Assembly (NCBI GenBank): GCA_963762255.1
Contig: CAVXKA010000003.1
Span: 704,001-768,000 of the forward strand
Origin: Candidatus Eiseniibacteriota bacterium
GTDB lineage: Bacteria; Eisenbacteria; RBG-16-71-46; JABDJR01
DNA length: 64,000 nucleotides
Direction: 5' to 3'
The notes under the pieces were generated by a model that did not search any database, had not been told where the DNA came from, and was given only the letters and a program-made list of their open reading frames with translations. This document shows, in pieces, positions 15,977 to 25,119 of the stretch. The position numbers and the translations under genes were made by a program. Position 1 is the stretch's first letter, and every line of letters starts with the position of its first letter.

Positions 15977-18774
15977 CTACGCCGTGGTGCCGATCGCGGT
16001 CTCCGTTCCCTCGCTGAGCGCGGCGTGCGCCGCCGCCAGCCGCGCGATCGGCACGCGGTACGGCGAACACGACACGTAGTCGAACCCGAGCCCGTGACAG
16101 AAGAACACCGAGTCCGGATCCCCGCCGTGCTCGCCGCAGATGCCGATCTTGATCTTGGGGTTCGTGCTCCGCCCGCGCTCCACCGCGATCCGCACCAGGT
16201 CGCCCACGCCGGTCCGGTCGAGCGAAATGAACGGATCCTGCTTCAAGATCCCGTTGGCCAGGTAGAACGGCAGGAACCGCCCCACGTCGTCGCGGCTGAA
16301 GCCGAGCGTCATCTGCGTGAGATCGTTCGTCCCGAACGAGAAGAACTGCGCGGTCTCGGCGATCTCGTTCGCCGTCAGCGCCGCGCGCGGCACCTCGATC
16401 ATCGTCCCCACAAGGTAGTCCAGCTTCACGCCCATGCGCTCGAGGGTCTCGGTCGGCCACCCGCACCACCACGTCGCGCTGGTTGTCGAGCTCGGTCTTG
16501 TTGCCGACGAGCGGGATCATGATCTCGGGGAGAACCTCGACCCCTTCCTTCTTCAGGTCGCAGGCGGCCTCGATGATGGCCCGCACCTGCATCGCGGTGA
16601 TCTCGGGGAAGGTGATGCCGAGGCGGCATCCGCGGTGCCCCAGCATCGGGTTGAACTCGTGGAGGATCTCCACGCGCCGCAGGAGCAGCTTCTTCTCCTC
16701 CAGCTCCGCCCCCTTCTGCCCCTTGGCCTCCATCACCGCGATCTCCACCATCAGCTCTTCGCGCTTGGGGAGGAACTCGTGGAGCGGCGGATCGAGCGTG
16801 CGGATGGTGACCGGCTTGCCCGCCATCGCCTTGAGCACGCCGTAGAAGTCGCTCTTCTGCATGGGGAGGAGCATGTCGAGCGCCCCGAGGTATCCCTTGG
16901 CCGGAGCCGCCGCCTTCTGCTCGGCGTCCCGAAGCCGCGCTTCGCGCGTCCGCCTTGTCGTGCCCGCCCGCCTTTTCGCACGCGGCGCGCGCCGCAGCCA
17001 GCTCGGTCTGCGTGGCCCGATACTCGCCGGCGGAAAGGATCATCTCGCGCACCCAGCGGATGCGGTCCTCGCCGAAGAACATATGCTCGGTGCGGCAGAG
17101 GCCGATTCCCTCCGCGCCCATCTCGATCGCCTTCTTGGCATCGCGCGGAACGTCGGCGTTCGCGCGCACCTTCAAGCGGCGGAACGAGTCGGCCCACGAC
17201 ATGAACTCGGCGAACTCGCCGCCGACGGTGGGCTCCATCAGCTCGGCCTGGCCGAGCATGAGCTCGCCGGTGGTCCCGTCGATCGTGACCCAATCGCCTT
17301 CCTTGACCGTGACGTCGCCGACGCGCAGCAGCCGCTCCTTCTCGCTCACTTCCGCGGCGCCGCACCCGGCCACGCAGGGCTTGCCCATGCCGCGCGCCAC
17401 CACCGCCGCGTGCGAGGTCATGCCGCCGGTGGCCGTGAGAATCCCCTTGGCCGCATCCATGCCGTGGATATCGTCGGGGTTGGTCTCGGCGCGGATAAGT
17501 ACGACCTTCTCGCCCTTTTCCGACCAGGCCAGCGCGTCGTCGGCCAGGAACACCGCGCGACCCGCCGCGGCGCCGGGAGAGGCTGGAAGTCCCGTGGCGA
17601 GCGTCTTGGGCTTCTTGGCCGGGTTCACGCGCGGGTGCAGCAATTGGTCGAGATCGCCCGGCGGCACGCGCAGCACCGCCGTCTTCTTGTCGATGAGCCC
17701 CTCGTGCACCATGTCCACCGCGATCCTCACCGCGGCGGCGCCGGTGCGCTTGCCGGTTCGCGTCTGCAACAGGTAGAGCGTGCCGTCCTCGATGGTGAAT
17801 TCGAAATCCTGGATGTCCTTGTAGTGCTTCTCCAGGTGATCCGTGATCTCGCGCAATTGCTTGTAGGCTGCGGGCATCTCCTTGCCGAGTTCGACGATCG
17901 GCTTGGGGGTGCGAATGCCAGCCACCACGTCCTCTCCCTGCGCGTTCGTGAGGTACTCGCCGTAGAACTCCTTCACCCCGCTGGCGGGATTACGGGTGAA
18001 GCCCACGCCGGTGGCCGACGAAGGTCCCATGTTGCCGAACACCATCGCCTGCACGTTGACCGCGGTACCGAGATCGTCCGGGATCTTGTTCTGGCGGCGA
18101 TAGTAGGTCGCGCGCGGGTTGTTCCAGGAGCGGAACACCGCGTCGCGGGCCATGTCGAGCTGCGCCCTCGGATCCTGCGGGAAGTCCTTTCCCGAGGCTT
18201 CCTTCACGATCGCCCGGAACCGGGCGACCAGGAGCTTCAGATCCTCGGTCCCGAGATCGAGATCCAGCTTCACCCCGCGCTCCTTCTTGAGCGCGGAAAG
18301 CTCCTCCTCGAAGCGCCGCTTCGAGATGTCGAGTACGACGTCGCTGAACATCGAGATGAAGCGGCGATAGCAGTCCCACGCGAAGCGCTCGTTGCCGGTC
18401 TTCGCGGTGAGCCCCTGCACGCTCTTGTCGTTGAGCCCGAGGTTCAGGATCGTGTCCATCATCCCGGGCATCGAGAACTTGGCGCCGGATCGCACGCTCA
18501 CGAGGAGCGGATCGGCGGGATCGCCGAGCTTCTTGCCGAGGAGCTTCTCCAGGCGCTCGATGTACCGATCCTGCTCCGTCTGCACCGCCGGAGGAACCCG
18601 GCCTTCCTTCTGATACGCGATGCATACGCGGGTGGAGATGGTGAAGCCGGGCGGCACCGGGACACCGGCGTTCGTCATCTCGGCGAGCCCGGCCCCCTTT
18701 CCGCCCAACACGTCCTTCATGCCGCCGTTGCCGTCCGCTTTGCCGCCGCCGAAGAAGAAGATTTCCTGCTGCAA
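15977..18774 (-). CDS. ppdK: pyruvate, phosphate dikinase (two 1-nt frameshifts)
   Basis: [30 protein letters not shown] (phospho-His), [40 protein letters not shown] are spread over ORFs 16426-18774, 15945-16874 and 15977-16435. Removing one base near 16945 and one near 16451 gives 931 aa. Confidence 0.95.
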
Positions 18775-18865
18775 GGTCAGAGTCTCCTCATGCTGTGATA
18801 GGGATCGCCCGGTTCACCGGGCCGCTGCTCTATTCGTTCTATTGCGATCGTCGCGGCTCCGGGGG

Positions 18866-20113
18866 CTAGGCGAGGTAGACCGCGGGGTCCACCAGCTCGC
18901 CGGTGGCCGCGGCCACCGCCGCCGCCGCGGGGCTCAAGAGATGCACCTCGGGCAATCCCTGCCCGGGGCTCAACTGACGATGATACTCGGCGGTGGAGGC
19001 GATGCGCTCCCCCTCGCCGAAAATGGCCACTCCTCCGGCGCTCCCCGGGCCCGCGCCCGGCACACCCACCATGGCTCCCGCCTGGAGGAACGTCTCGTAG
19101 AAACCGGCCTGCAGGCACGCCCGCGCGGTCTCCAGGGTCGCCGGCGAGATCGCCAGCCGCACCGCCGGATGGACGTGTCCCGCCTTTTTCAACACCTCCG
19201 CCACCAGCGCGAGATCCTCGTAGCGTCCGCCGTAGCAGGAGCCGATGAAGGCGCCCTGGACCGGGAGGCCGCTTTTCTCGGGCAGCGGCGCGAAATTCCC
19301 CACATAGGCCGCGCCGATCACCGCGGGAAGCCCCTTCATCGCGAGCGTGACGCTCGCTTCGTAGGCATCGTCGGCCGCGGGTTCCATGTCGAGCGCCGCC
19401 GATTCGCCGCGCTCCAGGTAGAACTTCGCCAGCATCTCGTCGGGCGGGATGAGCGCGGTCGTCGCACCCATCTCGAGAAGAATCCCGCACACTCCCAACC
19501 GCAGGTTGAGCGACCACGAAGCCGTCTCGCCGACGAGTTCCACGATGCGCCCCGCGAGGCGCCCGTCGAGAGCGGCGGCGACGGCTGCCGCGATGTCGAT
19601 CGGGCCGGCCTGACGCGGCGGCTTGCCCTTGACCACGACCCGCACCGCGGAAGGCACGGTCAGGGTCGCGCGCCCCGTTCGTACGGCGCGCGCGAGGGCC
19701 TCGTCGTCGAGGTGCCACCCGAGTGCGCCGATCCCGCCGGTGACCCCGAGACACCGCCCGCAACCGGCCACGATCTGCCCGGGCATGACCCGCGCCGATT
19801 CCACCACCGCATGGGATCCGATGCCCGCGTTCAGGTCCAGCACGTGGCGGAGTCCGAACGTCTCCGCCAGCTCGCGGCAGAGCGAGCGACTGCGCGGCAC
19901 GACCGACTCCACTTCGGGCGCCACGAAATCCATGCTCAGAATGACCTGGTCGGGCGACCACGGCCCGCCCAGATCGCGCACCATGAGCAGGGTCGCCGGC
20001 GCGCGCGCCCCCGAGAGCAAGGCGCGATCGATCGCGATTTCGACGGTCTCGCCGGGTTTCACCGGCCGGCCGGCGGCGCGGGACAGAATGCGGTGGGCGA
20101 AGGCGACGCTCAA
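18866..20113 (-). CDS. aconitase-family LeuC/HacA large-subunit homolog with degenerate active site
   Basis: ILSRAAGRPVKPGE, AFIGSCYGGRYEDL, SPAAAAVAAATGELVDP give the LeuC fold, but the DH, DSHT and CxxC motifs are altered. Confidence 0.85.
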   Translation of the reverse strand: MSVAFAHRILSRAAGRPVKPGETVEIAIDRALLSGARAPATLLMVRDLGGPWSPDQVILSMDFVAPEVESVVPRSRSLCRELAETFGLRHVLDLNAGIGSHAVVESARVMPGQIVAGCGRCLGVTGGIGALGWHLDDEALARAVRTGRATLTVPSAVRVVVKGKPPRQAGPIDIAAAVAAALDGRLAGRIVELVGETASWSLNLRLGVCGILLEMGATTALIPPDEMLAKFYLERGESAALDMEPAADDAYEASVTLAMKGLPAVIGAAYVGNFAPLPEKSGLPVQGAFIGSCYGGRYEDLALVAEVLKKAGHVHPAVRLAISPATLETARACLQAGFYETFLQAGAMVGVPGAGPGSAGGVAIFGEGERIASTAEYHRQLSPGQGLPEVHLLSPAAAAVAAATGELVDPAVYLA

Positions 20114-20153
20114 GTCGCGCTCCTCTCTCGATGCCCGCCCCGTCCCGACGTGC

Positions 20154-21521
20154 TCACGCCGGGATCTCCTCGAGTCGGGCGGTGAAATGCCGAAGCACCG
20201 GCGCCGCGTACGTGAGCTTGAGCCCGCGCAGGCGGTCCCGGTTCTCGTACAGCCGGATCACGATGTCGGCCACGTAGTCCATTTGCATCGTCGTGTAGAC
20301 CCGCCGAGGAATCGCCAGCCGGACCATCTCCAGGGCCGGGTAGACCGCCTTCCCGTTCTCCTCGCGGCCGAACATGAGCGAGCCGATCTCCACGGCGCGG
20401 ATGCCCCCCTCGCGATAGAGCGCGGCGGTCAGGGCCTGGGCGGGAAACTGCGATTGCGGCAGGTGGGGCAGGAAGGCCCGCGCATTCAGATAGATCGCGT
20501 GCCCCCCGAAGGGCTTCAAGACCGGCACCCCCGCCGCGGTCAGGCGTTCGCCCAGCCGGCGCACCTGGCCGACACGGTACTCCAAGTAGTCCTCGTCGAC
20601 CACCTCCTCGAGACCCCGAGCGATGGCCTCGAGGTCGCGACCTGCCAGACCTCCGTAGGTCACGAACCCCTCGAGCAGGATCAGAAGGTTGGTGACGTCC
20701 CGCGCGATCGCGTCGTCGTTGAGGCCCAGGAACCCGCCCATGTTGACGAGGCCGTCCTTCTTGGCGCTCATCGTGCAACCGTCGCCGTTGCTGAAGATCT
20801 CGCGCGCGATTTCGAGAACGCTGCGGCTCTCCTGGCCCGCCTCGCGCTGCTTGATGAACCAGGAGTTCTCGGCGAACCGGCAGGCGTCGAAGATGAGCGG
20901 CACGCCGTGGCGGCGAGTCACCTCCCGCACCCGGCGGATGTTCTCCAGGCTCACCGGTTGCCCGCCGCCGGAGTTGTTGGTGATGGTGAGCATGACCATC
21001 GGCACCTTGGCCGAACCGTGCTCGCGCAGCACGTTGTCGAGCCTCTCGACGTCCATGTTCCCCTTGAAGGGGGCGAGATTCTCGGGGTCGAGGGCCTCGC
21101 GGATCACGCAGTCGAGGGCCAGCCCTCCGTTGTGCTCCACGTTGGCCCGAGTGGTGTCGAAGTGGATGTTGTTGGGCACGATCATGCCCGGCTTCACCTT
21201 CACGGAGAAGAGCAGGTTCTCGGCCACGCGTCCCTGATGGGTGGGGATGATGTGCTTGAAGCCGAAGATGTTGCGAACGGATTTCTCGAAGCGGTAGAAG
21301 GAGCGGCTCCCCGCGTAGGCCTCGTCCCCCACCATCAACGCCGCCCACTGCCGGTCGCTCATGGCGGAGGTCCCGGAGTCGGTGAGGAGATCGATGAAGA
21401 CGTTCTCGGAGGCAATGTTGAACGTATTGAAGCCCGCCTCGCGGATGATGCGTTCGCGGTCTTCCAGCGCCGGGAGCGAGATGCGCTCCACCACCTTGAT
21501 GCGGAACGGTTCGATGAGCAT
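20154..21521 (-). CDS. tnaA: tryptophanase (tryptophan indole-lyase)
   Basis: EPFRIKVVE, DLLTDSGT, GDEAYAGS, THQGR, SAKKD (PLP Lys), YGGLAGRD. VEIGS and LRHFTA favour tryptophanase over tyrosine phenol-lyase (ERG / RFFT). Confidence 0.9.
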   Translation of the reverse strand: MLIEPFRIKVVERISLPALEDRERIIREAGFNTFNIASENVFIDLLTDSGTSAMSDRQWAALMVGDEAYAGSRSFYRFEKSVRNIFGFKHIIPTHQGRVAENLLFSVKVKPGMIVPNNIHFDTTRANVEHNGGLALDCVIREALDPENLAPFKGNMDVERLDNVLREHGSAKVPMVMLTITNNSGGGQPVSLENIRRVREVTRRHGVPLIFDACRFAENSWFIKQREAGQESRSVLEIAREIFSNGDGCTMSAKKDGLVNMGGFLGLNDDAIARDVTNLLILLEGFVTYGGLAGRDLEAIARGLEEVVDEDYLEYRVGQVRRLGERLTAAGVPVLKPFGGHAIYLNARAFLPHLPQSQFPAQALTAALYREGGIRAVEIGSLMFGREENGKAVYPALEMVRLAIPRRVYTTMQMDYVADIVIRLYENRDRLRGLKLTYAAPVLRHFTARLEEIPA

Positions 21522-21587
21522 GGGTGTGGCGGGGACTCCGGTCCCCCCTCCTTCGGCAGCGCGAGGGGCGCACGGCCCCTCACGGGG

Positions 21588-23075
21588 TCAGTTGTTGTCG
21601 ATCTGAGCGCGCTGGAGCTTGCCGCTATAGTCGATATAGACCGACTTCCATTCGGTGAAGATGTCCAGCACGGTGTGTGAAGCCTCGCGGTGACCGTTCC
21701 CGGTCTCTTTCACCCCCCCGAAGGGAAGGTGCACTTCCGCCCCGATCGTGGGGCCGTTGATGTACGTGATGCCGGCCTCGATGTCGCGGACGGCGCGCAT
21801 GGCGCGGTTCACGTCCTGCGTGTAGATCGATGAGGAGAGACCGAAGACGGTGTCGTTCAGCACGTGGATCGCCTCTTCGAACGAGTCGACCACCAGGACC
21901 GAGAGCACCGGACCGAAGATCTCTTCCTGGGCGAGGCGCATCGAGGGTTTCACGCCCCCGAAAACGGTCGGTTCGTAGAAGAAGCCGCGATCGAAGCCCG
22001 CCCCGGCGAGCGGGCGCCCGCCGCACAGCAGCTCGGCGCCCTCCTTCTTGCCGATCTCGACATACTTCGCGACCACTTGGCGCTGCGACTCGCTCACGAG
22101 AGGACCGACCTGAACGTCCTCGTCGAGGCCGTTCCCCACGCGCAGCGCGCGGGTCGCCGCCACCAGGCGGTCGGTGAACTTCTGCGCGATCGGCCGGTGG
22201 AGGATGAGCCGACTCGTGGCGGTGCAGCGCTGACCGGTGGTGCCGAACGCACCCCAGAGGATTCCCTCCAGAGCGAGATCCATGTTGGCGTCGTCCATCA
22301 CGATCTGCGCGTTCTTTCCACCCAACTCCAGCGAGACACGCTTCAAGGACTTGCCGCACTGCTCGGCAAGCCCCTTGCCGATGTCGGAGGATCCGGTGAA
22401 GGAGATCACGCGGACGTCGGGGTGCGTCACCAGCGGTGTACCCACGCGCGATCCCCGTCCCGTAAGGAAGTTCACGACACCGGAGGGAATCCCGGCGTCG
22501 GCCAGCGCGGCCACGAATCGCGCGGCGGAGGCCGGAGTGTCGGTCGCGGGCTTGAACACCACGGTGTTCCCGCACACGAGCGCCGGGAAGATCTTCCACG
22601 ATGGAATCGCCATCGGGAAGTTCCACGGCGTGATCATCGCGCAGACCCCGATCGGCATGCGGAAGCTCATGCACATCTTGTTGGGGAGTTCCGAGGGCGT
22701 GGTGTCGCCGTAGAGGCGGCGGCCCTCACCCGCGGCGAAGAACCCGCAGTCGATCGCCTCTTGCACATCGCCCCGAGCCTCGGTCAGGACTTTTCCCATC
22801 TCCCGAGTCATGGTCCGGGCGAGGTCTTCCTTCCGCTCCTGGAGGAGCCGGGCCGCTCCCTGGACGATCTCGGCACGCTTGGGGGCGGGGACGAGGCGCC
22901 ATTCGTCAAAGGCGCGGCGCGCCGCGGCCACCGCGGCATGGACGTCCTCTTCGGTGGAATCCTGAAAGAGACCGACAAGATCGTCGTGATCCGCGGGGTT
23001 TCGATTCTCAAAAGTCTTTCCCGACCGCGCGGGCACCCAACGCCCATCGATCAGATTCAGAAATGTCTCCGCCAT
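21588..23075 (-). CDS. NAD(P)-dependent aldehyde dehydrogenase
   Basis: ITPWNFP, FTGS, LELGGKN, GQRCTA, EEIFGPV, PFGG. ATG 23075 behind GGAGGAG. Confidence 0.96.
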   Translation of the reverse strand: MAETFLNLIDGRWVPARSGKTFENRNPADHDDLVGLFQDSTEEDVHAAVAAARRAFDEWRLVPAPKRAEIVQGAARLLQERKEDLARTMTREMGKVLTEARGDVQEAIDCGFFAAGEGRRLYGDTTPSELPNKMCMSFRMPIGVCAMITPWNFPMAIPSWKIFPALVCGNTVVFKPATDTPASAARFVAALADAGIPSGVVNFLTGRGSRVGTPLVTHPDVRVISFTGSSDIGKGLAEQCGKSLKRVSLELGGKNAQIVMDDANMDLALEGILWGAFGTTGQRCTATSRLILHRPIAQKFTDRLVAATRALRVGNGLDEDVQVGPLVSESQRQVVAKYVEIGKKEGAELLCGGRPLAGAGFDRGFFYEPTVFGGVKPSMRLAQEEIFGPVLSVLVVDSFEEAIHVLNDTVFGLSSSIYTQDVNRAMRAVRDIEAGITYINGPTIGAEVHLPFGGVKETGNGHREASHTVLDIFTEWKSVYIDYSGKLQRAQIDNN

Positions 23076-23236
23076 CTCTCTCCTCCCACCGCACACCGTC
23101 TCAACCCGCCGCGGCGGCGCGCCGGCTGAGCGGGACATCGAGCGGATTCATCTCGCAAGGGAAACGCACCCACGCCGCGAGGCCGCGGGGTCGAGGCGGC
23201 CAGGCAGCTCCACGAGTGCGCCGCGTCGCGCCGCGG

Positions 23237-25045
23237 TCAGCGGACGATTACGAAACGGCCGGTGGCCGTCTCCCCCGACGCCTCCACGCGATAGAGGTAG
23301 ATCCCCGGAGCGACATCTTTTCCACCGTCATTCTTGAGATCCCAGTCCAGGGAGTCGTCGCCCTCCTCATGGCTCAAGCTGCGGACAAGGTCCCCGGACA
23401 CCGTGTAGACGTCGACTTTGGCCCGTGAAGGCAAATTGACGAACTGAACCCGGGGCTCGCCCGGAAAGGTCTGTTTCTCGGCCGCCGCATGGGGGTTGTA
23501 CGGATTGGGAACGACCCTCACCTCGCCTAGGAGCGGCGTTTCCACCCGCGCCGTCTTGCCGGGGTAGAGGGGGTTGTTCTCGTACATCCCCTCCTCGATG
23601 GTCTGACGTTCGAAGATCTCCGCCCGAGGAGGATTGGTGATCGGGTCGAGATGGGCGGCGAACCACGTAATCGAGTACCAGTAGGCGAACCCGTTGAAGG
23701 GTCCCTCGAGGGGCTCCAACGCGCCTGTCGGCTCATCGGGCCGCAAAGGGTCCCGTCCCGTTCCGCGGGTAATGATCGAGTCGGGGTCGACGAATCGCCT
23801 CGGCCCACCCACCCCAAAAGTCCAGGTCGAGTCCAGGAGCGAATAGGTCCGCAGAAGTTGGGCGGCGGACGGATCGGAACTCGTTCCTCTCCAGATCTGA
23901 TAGCCGGCGAAGGCCGTATCGGACTGAGTGAGCGTGTAGCGAACGACGCCGGCAGCACCATCCGCTTCCGCCCGACTTACGCGCGCCTGCGTCTCGATGT
24001 AGGTACCCTCCCAACCGCTCGATAGGGCCCGACGCACCGTCATCCGGAGCGGGGCCAGCGCGGGTTGGCTGTCCGCCAAGAGCACGGATTGGTAATTCGT
24101 CAACTGCACGGTTGTCCCGGAAAGCACGACACTGCCGGTGACCGCCGCCACCCGACCGATCGCGTTGAGCGGGGCCTGGGTGAGTCCGTAGACGTTGATG
24201 CCACGACCGGATCCGTCCTGGATATAGCCGCTGGGCACATCGGTGCGCGCACCCACGGGGACGAAGACCTGTCCGATCACGGTCACCGGACCCGCGGCGA
24301 ACGAGGCCGGGTTGGCCTGGATCTGATCGATGTTTACGACCGATCCCGCCACAGTCTGGAAGGCCGCAGGACTCCCGCCGCTGAGAGCCGCGCCGTCTGC
24401 GCCGGTGACGCCGGAGACCGCGACCGAATAGCCGGTCGCGCTCGGCAGGGCGGCCGATGTCCGGAGGATCACGGTCTGCCCGTTCTGCTGGAGCCGCGCC
24501 GCCTGCACGGTGAGGCTCGGCGTGAACGCGTAGTTCTGCGCGAGCACGGCTTGCTGGGCATTCACCGGCCGACTGAAGGTGACCGCCACATAGTCCCGGC
24601 CGTACTGGAAGGCTCCAACAAGTACGAAGGCCGCCGGGTATTGAACCTCAGGCCTCGCCCCAGGTACGAAGATGTCGCGCCGCGCTCCCACCAGAAGCTG
24701 GTAGTTGCCCGGGCGCTGCCCTCCTGCGCCGGCTCCACCGAGCAAGCCGCCCAGCACCGCGGAGGAAGACGGAAACCCCAGGCTGTTGGGGACGACGAGC
24801 TGCAGCGTCGGGATGTCCTGGCGTTGGGCCGGAGTCACCGTATCCCCGGGGGCTGCATTCCACTCGATCTGGACCTTCCGGTCGCCCGAGCTCGCGGCGG
24901 TGATCTGCACCGATTGAGCGCGCGCGGCGACAGCGGTCAACAACACCGTGGCGATGGGAACCAGAAGGGTGACGAACGCCGTCCGAATCCCATGGCGCAA
25001 ACGATCCTGCTTGATCACGACGATACTCCTAGCCCGAGCCGACAT
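23237..25045 (-). CDS. secreted multidomain protein (Ig-like, OB-fold-like) with C-terminal FlgD-Ig/CTD-like domain; start uncertain
   Basis: Hydrophobic signal ending AARA-Q; VTFSRPV...YSVAVSGV Ig-like; VTVIGQV...YIQDGSGRGINVY OB-like; FAGYQIWR; VRVVPNPY...FVNLP...VYTVSGDLVR...WDLKNDGGKDVAPGIYLY. Confidence 0.8.
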   Translation of the reverse strand: MSARARSIVVIKQDRLRHGIRTAFVTLLVPIATVLLTAVAARAQSVQITAASSGDRKVQIEWNAAPGDTVTPAQRQDIPTLQLVVPNSLGFPSSSAVLGGLLGGAGAGGQRPGNYQLLVGARRDIFVPGARPEVQYPAAFVLVGAFQYGRDYVAVTFSRPVNAQQAVLAQNYAFTPSLTVQAARLQQNGQTVILRTSAALPSATGYSVAVSGVTGADGAALSGGSPAAFQTVAGSVVNIDQIQANPASFAAGPVTVIGQVFVPVGARTDVPSGYIQDGSGRGINVYGLTQAPLNAIGRVAAVTGSVVLSGTTVQLTNYQSVLLADSQPALAPLRMTVRRALSSGWEGTYIETQARVSRAEADGAAGVVRYTLTQSDTAFAGYQIWRGTSSDPSAAQLLRTYSLLDSTWTFGVGGPRRFVDPDSIITRGTGRDPLRPDEPTGALEPLEGPFNGFAYWYSITWFAAHLDPITNPPRAEIFERQTIEEGMYENNPLYPGKTARVETPLLGEVRVVPNPYNPHAAAEKQTFPGEPRVQFVNLPSRAKVDVYTVSGDLVRSLSHEEGDDSLDWDLKNDGGKDVAPGIYLYRVEASGETATGRFVIVR

Positions 25046-25119
25046 CGGCTCAACATGCCGAGGCGCCCCGCCCATCTCTGGACACGGGCGCCTCCCCTGA
25101 CCTCAGAACCATGCGCCCC

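Noticed and set aside
20154-21521. Tyrosine phenol-lyase call
   Set aside because: EIGS and RHFT are tryptophanase-type residues rather than the TPL-type ERG and RFFT.
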